The notes under the pieces were generated by a model that saw nothing but the letters and a program-made list of their open reading frames with translations, was not told the DNA's origin and did not search any database. A stretch of 64,000 nucleotides of DNA, taken from positions 248,001-312,000 of the forward strand of contig JAWMAR010000421.1 in NCBI GenBank assembly GCA_036785375.1, given 5' to 3'. Origin of the DNA: Leucoraja ocellata (Eukaryota). Position 1 is the stretch's first letter, and each line of letters opens with the position of its first letter. Position numbers and translations under genes: made by a program. Below are positions 49,501 through 59,500 of the stretch, one piece after another.

Positions 49501-52500
49501 TATGTTAGTTGTTGACCCTTTGTAAAACTATGGGCAATTTTATCTACAGTATTAGTCTTTAATTTTTCCTGTTTTCAAATTCTAGATCTGTGACTGGGAT
49601 AACTTCATGTAAAGCATTAATAGAACTGGAGCCCAGTGAAAACTACATCTTCTACCTCAGAGCAGTAAATGGAGGAGGCAGCAGTGAGAGGAGTGCAGCC
49701 ATAAACGTTCAAACAACAGGTGAGCATTTCAAGGCCACTCCTGGAGTCACATCCATAGAATGAATCGGTTCCGGCAATGTAATCGGTGCAAACAAACAGT
49801 CCTTGCCATACCCATTGTATTATTGTTATTGTAAGCCAAGGTACCGTTCGAACCATGTGGAGACTGGAATCTAAGATAATGTTTCTGCGACAGGTACTCA
49901 GCTTTATCTGATGGAGCAGACTGCGCACCTCTCACTCTCAATCTTGCAGGACGGACTGACCATAGTTTATAATGAAGAAAGTCAGCTCACAGACCCACCC
50001 ACAATCCATGACAGGTTCACCAGGTGAGTCGTGAAGCAAATGTTGAAGTGAGAGATTGTAGATGTGAGCGAAGACTGAACTCCTTCATGGACACTATCTA
50101 GGGCAGATGCTATCCCAGTTTATCGTCATGAAAGTACATCTGACTTCTGCCATGTATGGGAGAGTCAGCTGGGGCTATACCTTGGAACTTTGTTTATCTG
50201 TTCATAATGGACGGATTGGGACGGTTGGGTAGCTGGCTGTTGGGAAGATGGTTCGAAGGGGAGGCTGGTTTGAGGTAGTGTAGTGCTTTACCATGTATGA
50301 GCAGCCTACTGACCAGTCCGTGGAACAGTCCTGGCAGTGTTAGACAGACATGGGAATGCCACTTTGTGATGGTGGAACCCACGGGTTCCATGTGGATGTG
50401 AACATCTGTAGCTGGTCTTTAGGGAATGGAGAAGGTTCCTGCAGTTGGTGCCTTTGACCGATTGTCCCAGGAGGCCACTCCTGATTGCCCTCTGGGTCCT
50501 GTCAGTGGTCACATAGCTGTGGGCAGAAGAGAGTCTGACCACGCCTCTGCTCTCACCCCTAGTTCTGCCACCGTCATGGCACAGTTGGTGCCAGTTCGAG
50601 GAAGGCATTATTGGGAGGTGGAAGTGGCTGAGGACATGGAGTACAGGGTTGGAATCGCCTACACGGACACCCCACGGGATGCTCACTTTGGCTCCAACAT
50701 CACCTCCTGGTGCATGCGACACATCCTCACCTCATCCAGGTAAGTGATGAGCTGCACGTCACTCGGCTCAGAGACAGGAAGCCCACGAACAGCACGATCA
50801 GTTCTTAACAGTCCACTATATAAAACATCCCACTCACTCCTGGGAACCTCTGGCCCATACTTGCCCAGAGTGAAGGAGCAGCAATTGTGTGGCACTGGAA
50901 GCCTTCAGACCATGCACTGCAAGCTCAGTGTGTGGCAGTAGCTGTTTGCTTCCCAAGGACCCGCCCAAACCCTCCTGCCCCAGCTGCGAGAGAATCAGTG
51001 GTCCTCACATTAGCCTCAGCAGCAGTTCAGAAGGTTCAGAACCAGTGTGAAACTAGATAATCCTCCATACTAAGGGATGGCTACAGGAGAAATGGTGCAT
51101 AAATGTCAAACTCAGAGATTCATACAGGAATAGGAGGTAGGGGTTGAACAGGAAAACTAACCTCTCTAAGTAGTGAGTGTTTCTTTGGGGTGGAGACAAC
51201 ACAAGACAGTTTGGGGAAAATCTGACTTCAATTATGAGGGTGTCCCTGTGGAAATTATCTTGAAACTTTGACACCTTCACTGATGTGTTCAGGAGAATGT
51301 TTCTTGCTCGAAACTTTGCAAAGCAATGTCTTCGACTGTTGCCCAATACCACCCCTGACAATGAGGTCTCCCAGCATGGCCTTGTTCAATGTGGATCACA
51401 TCCCTCATTCCAAATATTGATGATAATTCCACCATTGCCACCTGAGAAGAGGATTCAAAAATCTCAAACTCACCATCAAGCTCATCTACTGGGTGACAGT
51501 GATCACTGGCCTGCTCTAAGCTTCAGCAGCATATAGCAGGCACCTTGAAACACTGGAGATAAATCATTAATATCTCCCTCATAACATCTTCCATATCTGG
51601 TAGGAGAGAGAAACCATCACCAGTACTTTCTCCCAACCCAATGATCAGCTTTGAGCCTATGATCATTCTCAACCAGTTCTATCAGGGCAAAACATTTCCC
51701 CAGCAGAAGCATGCACTCAAAACCCTCCAACCTTTCCAGTCACTGGTGGGTATCTCTGGCCTCAGGTTTTCAGATGGTACCAGCAACTTAGTCCCCATCA
51801 ATAGGCACTGCTCTCACAGCTTCTCCCCACACCTCCATTCCCTTTTGGGAAGTCTGCAAGTCCCATGTCAGTCCACTCCCTCAGACATGCGGCAAATTAT
51901 CGAGTGCAAGGAACTGCCAGAGGAGGTATCACAAGCTCCAGGCACTCACGTTTTTACCTCTTCATAGTGATACCATGTGGAAACAGGCCCTTCGGCCCAA
52001 CTTGCCCACACTGGCCAACATGTCCCAGCTACACTAGCTTTGAGTTGAGTGTGTGGAGCTTTTTAGTGTGAGGTCTGAGCAGGGGGGTTGTGCAAGCAGG
52101 GGGGTTGTGCAAGCAGGGTGGATGTGAGCAGTGTGGGTGTAAACATAGTGAGTGGGAGTGGGGTGTGAGCTCCATGGATGTGAATTTAGTGAGTGTGAAC
52201 TGTCAGTCGCTGCAGCCATGTAAGTGATGCTTCTTACTCTTTTAACTCTGCAGGAGTAAATTTGAATTCCTTCACAAAGGGCTGACTCCAGACTTGAGAA
52301 TCACTATCACACCAACCAGAATTGGAATTCTCCTGGACTACGACACAGGAAAACTTTCCTTCTTCAATGTCGACATCTGTCAGCTCCTCTTCACCTTTTC
52401 ACAGCATTTTCAGAATCTGGTCAATCCCTGTTTTGCTTTGGAATGTTATGGCATTTTAAAAGTCAGTCACAATATTCCCTTCCCCGCGTTTACAAAACTA

Positions 52501-52506
52501 CTGTGA
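36732..52506 (+). CDS. FSD2: Fibronectin type III and SPRY domain-containing 2; join(36732-37505,38050-38145,40172-40405,42112-42134,43245-43363,45080-45235,46679-46813,47496-47652,49586-49719,49894-50023,50563-50739,52254-52506), ~795 aa
   Basis: Acidic N-terminus with FYHMDLY, B-box-like ([14 protein letters not shown]), coiled coil, 2x FN3, B30.2/SPRY ([31 protein letters not shown]). Phases consistent (2388 nt). Confidence 0.93.
38050..38145 (+). CDS. FSD2: FSD2 coding exon 2
   Basis: [32 protein letters not shown]; 96 nt. Confidence 0.93.
38687..39527. repeat. Inverted repeat (arms 38687-38795 and 39419-39527)
   Basis: ~108-bp arms, e.g. gaattctttaaaggaccagcatattcctgtgaggatgaaagacgagga and its exact reverse complement. 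Confidence 0.88.
39547..41953. repeat. Direct repeat ~440 bp (39547-39990 and 41507-41953)
   Basis: Long near-identical shared sequence, e.g. caagtcccagagtcctgcaataaataacacataacattgacaaaagagcaaatt. Confidence 0.88.
40172..40405 (+). CDS. FSD2: FSD2 coding exon 3
   Basis: [14 protein letters not shown]...[12 protein letters not shown]...AFLK; 234 nt, phase 0/0. Confidence 0.92.
42112..42134 (+). CDS. FSD2: FSD2 23-nt micro-exon
   Basis: aacag|AATGGAGAAACAATCCTGAGCAG|gtaaca; supplies the phase 0-to-2 bridge needed between the flanking exons. Confidence 0.82.
42471..42788 (-). mobile_element. tRNA-derived V-SINE (HE1-like)
   Basis: Reverse complement of the 61323 element (gtctttggagtgtgggaggaaaccgaagatc...cacgggaagaacgtacaaact). 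Confidence 0.85.
43245..43363 (+). CDS. FSD2: FSD2 coding exon 5
   Basis: [22 protein letters not shown]...IDSICSIP; 119 nt. Confidence 0.9.
45080..45235 (+). CDS. FSD2: FSD2 coding exon 6 (FN3-1)
   Basis: [39 protein letters not shown]; 156 nt. Confidence 0.92.
45540..46120 (-). mobile_element. Degraded CR1 3' fragment
   Basis: Minus [39 protein letters not shown]. Confidence 0.82.
46679..46813 (+). CDS. FSD2: FSD2 coding exon 7 (FN3-1)
   Basis: [28 protein letters not shown]; 135 nt. Confidence 0.92.
47496..47652 (+). CDS. FSD2: FSD2 coding exon 8 (FN3-2)
   Basis: VPAAPSI...[18 protein letters not shown]...SLTE; 157 nt. Confidence 0.9.
49586..49719 (+). CDS. FSD2: FSD2 coding exon 9 (FN3-2)
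   Basis: [36 protein letters not shown]..; 134 nt. Confidence 0.92.
49894..50023 (+). CDS. FSD2: FSD2 coding exon 10 (PRY)
   Basis: [24 protein letters not shown]...DRFT; 130 nt. Confidence 0.9.
50563..50739 (+). CDS. FSD2: FSD2 coding exon 11 (SPRY)
   Basis: [18 protein letters not shown]...[11 protein letters not shown]; 177 nt. Confidence 0.94.
52254..52506 (+). CDS. FSD2: FSD2 terminal coding exon (SPRY)
   Basis: [37 protein letters not shown]...PCFALE...LL*. Confidence 0.94.
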
Positions 52507-53130
52507 CATAATCCCGTTTCAGCTGCGGGTGCAATGTTGGGTTTTAGTTGAAAGGAAAGTCTTCTTTAGAAAATGCAAGTATTTTCAATTTTTGCAACTG
52601 AGCCTCTTCCTTGTACAGAGGCTGAGACCCGAGTCACCACCAGAGGTACTCATTCACCACAAGAACCTAGTGAACTGCACTTCCCAGCTGCTGAAAATAA
52701 ATTGCACTCTCTCCACCTCCTCCTCTCCGTCCCTAATATTTTCTTTAATGTTGCTGCTCAGCTTGCCCAACTGCTAAGCAGCTCCCATCACAATGTTAAC
52801 ACATAGAGGATTGGATAACCAACAATGGGAAATGTCACAATTTAAATCCTGCTCCAGCAAATGAGTTGGGTGCAAGGCTGACCACCCAGTCGGTTTATGA
52901 ACGACAACAATCAGAACTCACTATTGGAGCTACAGTAAAAGCAGGTTTACTTCTGCTGAGTGTCATGTAACGATAAGGATGTACAAATTCAGCCCTAGTA
53001 ATTCACAGCAGTATCCAGTTGCAATGGACAGGATTATTCCAATCATTTCCTCACTATCTGTGAATCCTGGTAATATTATGTGGGAAATGCAGGCTGGCAA
53101 TTTGAGGTGTGTTGAAATATTGAAATGCTG

Positions 53131-53142
53131 ATTAAAAATAAA
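53131..53142 (+). terminator. Candidate FSD2 polyadenylation signal
   Basis: ATTAAA (53131) plus AATAAA (53137) about 630 nt after the stop codon. Confidence 0.45.
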
Positions 53143-56100
53143 TCAGCAACTTAGCAACTAACTGAATCTGATTTATTAAACTGGGGCAAGTGTTCTCTTT
53201 GGAAAGGGAATGTTGCTGATATTTCAGAGATCAGGCCATTTTGATGAAAGGTCATCTAGCTGAAACATTAACTGTTTCTCACACCCCAGAGGGTCCCTGA
53301 CCTGCTGAGTGTTATTAATGGTTGATATCTGGAACACGGTACCAGGAAGTGGTGAAATCAGATATGACCACTACGTTTAAGTGGCATTTAGACAGGACCT
53401 TCAACAGGCAAGCCTGAGAGGGATATGAACTGGGATTGGTGTAGATGGGTAAAAATATCAACATGGAGTGAACAGAAAGGGCCATTGTGCTGTATAACTG
53501 ACTCAATGACCTCCTGTCAACATAAGCTCCAAGGTTGGGATGTTGGCTGATGACCTCACAATGGTCATTTCTATTTGCAGCTCCTTAGCAAATGGAATAG
53601 GAATACTTTATTATCACATGTGACTAGGCACAGTGAGATTCTTTGCTTGCATACGCAATGTGTACAAATAGCAGCCACCTACGGCGTTAACCAAGTTACA
53701 AAGCACGCTGGCTCCCACTTTTGTCCCCCCACCTCTCTCATGGCGGTTTCCCCAGGCCGGGTCTTTCATTGTTCTTCCCCCTCCTCACTGTGATCCTCCA
53801 CGCTCTCATCGCTGCTACTGCGAAGCTTCACGACCGCGAGGTCCCATAGTCGCAAAGGCCTCACTGCTGTTGACGCCCCACTTCACACCTCTGTGGTACC
53901 GACCAGGGTACCAGCCACTTCGCCCGACCGGGGCTTCTACCCCCGAGGCCCCGGATTAAGGCCTCCGGCCGCGTTCCCAGTCCACGGCTGCGGCCTATGG
54001 GGAAGTCTTGAATGAAACATAGAAAATAGGTGCAGGAGGAGGCCATTTGGCTCTACGAGCCTGCACTACCATTCATTGTGATCATGGCTGATCATCCACA
54101 ATCTGTAACCCGTGCCTGCCTTCTCCCCATATCCCTTGATTCCACTAGCCGTGAACAGAGCAAAAATAGAGAGTAAAAGACAAATTAAAGGAAAAGAATG
54201 AGCATATTAGCAACTACACAAAAAAATACTGGAGAGTATACTTAAGTCCTCAAAGTCAAGAACAGGAAAATTACATTCAATAAAGAAAAAGTGGAGGCAT
54301 TAAACAAATGTCTTGCCCTTTGCTAGAGAAGTCCAGAAACTGATAGGGAGCTGGGTGCACACTGGAGCCACCAAGAACCAGATTGTGATCTATTGCTTGG
54401 AAATTCGGCACTGCCCGTCTCCTTTTTGACATGACTTTATAAATATGGACTTTTAGATCAGTATTTTAATGTTTCTGAGTAGAACATTTTCTGGAAATAA
54501 ACAACTGACGTTACAGTGAGAGTTTCAGATGACAAGGCACAAAGTACCTCAGACTGAGGAACCAGGGCTCAGCTCTGCAATTTCGAGTCAGTCATATAGT
54601 ATGGGAACAGGCAACTCACTAATGCCAACCAAGATACTGTGGGGCCCATTTAAATCTTTACCCTCTCACCTTCCATTTAAGTTCCTCAGTCCAAGACTCC
54701 CAATCCTGGGAAAAACTATGACCCTCCACCTTACCTGCCAAGATTTCTAAACCTCTAGCAGGTCATCCCCTCAGCCTCCTTCACTCAAAGGAAAATAGTC
54801 CCAGCACTATCCAATCTCTCTTTATATCTCAAACCTTGCAGTCCCAGTAAATTTGTTGTGAATCTATTCTGCACCGTCTCTAGCTTAATGACATCCTTCC
54901 TACAGTCATTGTTTTGCCCACTTTCCCATTTGATCTAGATTCCATTGTAGCCTCACACAAATTTCCCTTTACCTTCCCTCTTAAGAACGTTTTGCAGGTG
55001 CTCAGAGACATCTAGATCCTGGCAAACAAAGCAGAAGCTCACAATCCTGGAGTCTCATATGTGGCTACAGTGAGAACACTGAACGGAGGAATCAGATCCT
55101 ACATGACAGTAAAAGCACTTCCCTGAAAAAGGGCCCCGACCCGAAACGACGGCAGCGTCTGGTACCACGGCAACTAGCTGTATCTTTAGGAAGTTCACAG
55201 TTTAAAGCTGATAATGACGATGACATATTAAACACAAACTTTGGTTATTGCACTTTGAGCGGTTATGAAGGAGGACATTGCATTGGAAAAAAACAAAGAC
55301 AAGGGCAGGAAATGCCGGTAAATATTTCATTACCTAAAAAGTTAAAAATACCTAAAGGACACAATATAAATTGTTTACTCCTCTCATCTAGACTAAAATG
55401 CATGAATAAATTGTGAATAAGGCAGAATTGGGAGACATCAGGGAAAGGTGCTGGCACATAACTTAGTGTGAAAGACAACTTGAGGCCTGGGTGCTGTGGC
55501 TGATTTATAACAAGTTAAGAGGAAAAAGGTCATAGAATGATACCGTCTAACTTCAGCCCAATTTGCCCACACCAGCCAACATGTCCCAGCTACACTAGTC
55601 TCACTGGCCCGCGTTTGGTCCATATCCCTACAAACCTGTCCTGTTCATGTACCAGCCTAACTGTTTCTTAAATGTTGGGATAGTCGCTGCCTCAACTATT
55701 TCCAAAGGTAACCGTATCAATGCTTGGAAATGTTTGAGTTTCAAGCACAATACAGATACTAACCGACAGCTTAGCACAGATCTTCCTACATCGCGCCATG
55801 AAAAGGCTGCTGCTTTGATATTCTGCAGATCCATTGGGGAAAATACGAGGTCTGCATCAAAATCTTGTCAATTTATGTTATTTGATAGAATGCTTTGGCT
55901 CTTTAGTTATATAAATTCATAGAAAATATTAAACATCTAACAAAATAAATAAAGATTATCTAAATCATAATAGTTAATGATCACATTGGAAAAGTTTCCT
56001 TTAAAACATTTATCCCGAGGTTCATATATATATACTTTTTACAAACTATAAACTGTTATCAGTAGTGCTCAGAAATGAGGGAGTGCTTCTTCCTACGATC

Positions 56101-56500
56101 CGAAAAACAAGCAGGATACGGGTCCCTACACATCTAGGTCTCCGACGACAGTTTGCATTCCTCAGTGGCACAGTCTTGTTTAGTGCAGGTGATCAGACAA
56201 CCTTTGACCCAATGGGTTGTGACAAGACCAGAGGTAGCTAGCACAGGAAGGAGGTGAGACAGTCAGACTGAGCTTTGACAATTGTGCAGCATATTTCTGC
56301 AGCAGTTGGTTTGATTTCTTCATTCTTGCTTGACAACTTGACACTGGCGCAGGATGAGTGCTAATCCACAGTAAGAATCACAGCTGAGTAGGAGTGTGCA
56401 TCCCTGCTATCCCAGTCTCTCTAGGAGGATCATTCTGGACAAGTCAGAGCAGAATGACAACTCATGGCCTAGTCACTGCTGACAGGAGGATGGAAAATAG

Positions 56501-56580
56501 TCAGTTATTTTCACTCAGTTTCTTCCAGTATTCAAAGTTCTTCTCTAGGTGTGTTATCAGGTTAGGCAGGTCAGCAAACT
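56501..56580 (-). CDS. PDE8A: PDE8A terminal coding exon
   Basis: ctgcag|AG TTT GCT GAC CTG..: [26 protein letters not shown]. Confidence 0.88.
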
Positions 56581-59500
56581 CTGCAGGCAGGGAGAGACAA
56601 GGTCAGGCACTGATGGCCAGGACAAAGCTAGGTATGTACAATAAACAGCTCAGTGTTAACCTAAGATGAAGAGGCTGCAGAGAGTACACTGCCACTTGGA
56701 GACATCCCAAAGCAGGCACCAAAAGTTCTCGGTGATCACTAATGTAACGTTTGAGACCACGTAAGGCCCTGTTGTGACTAGCACAAGCAGAAGGAAAACA
56801 CGTCCGACATCTTGTAAGTATGATTTATTCCGCCCCACCCACGGACACTTCTCCAATGTCACCTGCTCTCGATCACGAGGCACGGCCCTTTATATTAAAG
56901 GGGTACTGGCATTTACATATACAGCACATCTCCCCCATTACTTTAATTACAATTCTCCCCCTTCCCTTAAATTACCTGATTTATTCCGCCCCACCCACGG
57001 ACACTTCTTCAAGGTCACCTGCTCTCGATCACGAGGCACAGCCCTTTATATTAAAGGGGCACTGGCATTTACATATACATCACAACTAATAAATGGAAGA
57101 TTGAATAAAGAGGCACAGCTTCAGCCAAACAGTGGAGTGTGGGATGGGGTGAAGGTCCTACCCATCTGGCAGAAACACATCCAACGTGCATCAACGCACT
57201 TGGGAAACGAGTGAAATGAAATTGGCGATTGGATGAGTTGTGGACATGGAGTGGTGGTGACACCAGCATTAGCTGGCTTGGCCTGTTGCTCATCTCATGT
57301 TGATAGCTATGTGATGTGTCATGTGCTTTAACAGCAGGTAGTGGCAAGAAGAGCCTGTGACACAAGTCCAGTTACTGCTTGACTGCACACATGCACCTAC
57401 AGGCGGGAAATAGATTCACTGAACACCAATCTTTGTACAGTGCAAGGCACAGTATACTCCCATGCCATTGTTTGACTCCACCATACTCTCAATGTCTAAA
57501 TGCATCAGTTGGTGAGAAGTTGTCACGAAGATGAGGTTTTTATCCCATCTTGTCTAGGTGGTCATCTCATAATGGAATCCCTGCAACTAACAGTGTTTTG
57601 AAAGAGGATGGAAGTCAAAGGAAACAAGGGGATGAAATGAGAACAAAAGGTTTGCAAAGGCTTCAAATTGAATGGTCAAATACAGCTTGCAAATGATTAC
57701 ATAATTAGATGAAATACAGTAAAGTCTGTTCTGGAAATATGCAGATACTTACCATCCCAGGAACTGAGCATATCTGTTATAAAATAATCAATGAAAGAGA
57801 TCTGACTCTTGGGGATGTTGCAGTTCTTTCTGTCAAACAGAGGCATTACCACAGGGAGGCCTTTTTCTTTCTCGTCGTCAGTCTGTGAAAGAGAGACCAG
57901 ACCATTGAACAAAGGATTAAGGATTAACTAATCTATAATATCTAGTGTGTGAAAGAATACTACGCAATATGCACAGCATTAATGAGTTCACCAATTGGTT
58001 GGAATGTGCCCTGGCCCACAAGTTTTCTATATAGGAGTTTGGTACTTGGAGCAGGGAAGTTGGAGGAACAAAAATGAAACATGGCCATGTGAATATACTA
58101 TCTAGCACACCTCAGGTGGCATGTGATAAAGGATCGCACTGGACTGGGGTAATATATCCTCTCAAGGCAAGACAAGGCAACACCTGCAAGTGAGATCAGG
58201 CGATCTGGTTTGTAAAGACATCCTTTGTTAGTCACAGGATTTCTACTTCTATTTCCAGTAATTAGTTGGAATAAATCTGTCTGGTCATTCGATGAGGCAG
58301 CTGCTTCCCTAACAGGAATGTTGTCTTCTTGACAGGAATCTTGTTTTCAAACAAAATAGAGGGGCTTTCTCTCAACTTGTTCCCCACAGGCACAGGAATG
58401 GAAAATAAGAACAGCCGAGTCCACAAAATTCCCATATTTCTACATGCATTGTGCAATTTGTCAGATCAGTTTTGAATCATTTCCTTGATGTCCTGGTCAT
58501 AGGCCTTCTTAATTTTCATTTTTTAAAGGACCAGAAAAAAGCAAATGAAACAACGAAAAGCTTTTGACCTGCAATCTTTTAAAAATCACTTACTTCAAGG
58601 TGCCTTAAGATATTGTTCATTTTGGCAGGAAAAATAAAAGAATGTATTCTAAATGGGCCAGAGTCTGCAGAATTCTGGGTTGAAGAGGGATCGAGGGGTC
58701 TTAGAACAACACTTGTAAAAATCAAGAAGGTACATCACGAATTAGGAAATCTAACAATGTTATGGATCATTGTAAGGGCAATTAAATACAAAGTAGAAAG
58801 GTTATGCCTCATTATAAAGGACACTGGCGAGTCTACACCTGTAATCTGGATTTTCTTGTATTGGACATAGTTTGGAGAAGGTTTACTTGAGTGATGATTG
58901 GAATAAGTGGATTGGAAGGTTAATCTTGTGTCCAACGGAGTGACAGGCAACTTGGTTGAAACATGCAAGTTCTGATGGGCACCAACATACAGTGTTCAAA
59001 GCACATTTCTTGTGGGAGAATCAAAACTCGTCGTCACTGCTTAAAGCATTGAGATTGAGACAAAGTGGAAGTCTTTGGATATCTCCTCAAAGGATGATGA
59101 AAGCAAAGTCTCTGAATATTATAGTAGACGATGATAAACAACAGGATGCAAGATCACTGGAGCAGGGAACACAGGATTAAGGTTACGCTAGGATCAGCCA
59201 AGATCTTGACGAGCAGTGGAGTGGATTTGAAGGTTAGCACCTGATTCTCCTCCAATACATGTGATTGCTTAGCAGAGGTAAAAGATTTGGCCAACAGGAG
59301 ATGTCAAACAGGATCAGATGACAGAACTCTGATAGGAAGAGTTGAAGAGGCAGAATCGTGGGATGCAGGTGTGCCATTTGTGGAGGGGAAGGAGAGTTCA
59401 GGAAGAGAAGTTTTAAAAGGAACCAGATATTATTTTATGATTAAAATTTGTACTTGCCAAAACTGCTACTATTCTCAGTTCACTACAAAAAAACAGGGAA

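Noticed and set aside
52078-52120. Short tandem duplication gcagggggttgtgcaa
   Set aside because: Ordinary slippage repeat in an intron
53200-56400. SCARNA15 or another snoRNA expected near the FSD2 3' end by human synteny
   Set aside because: No convincing match by eye; the region is mostly CR1 and other retroelement debris. An Rfam scan would be needed.
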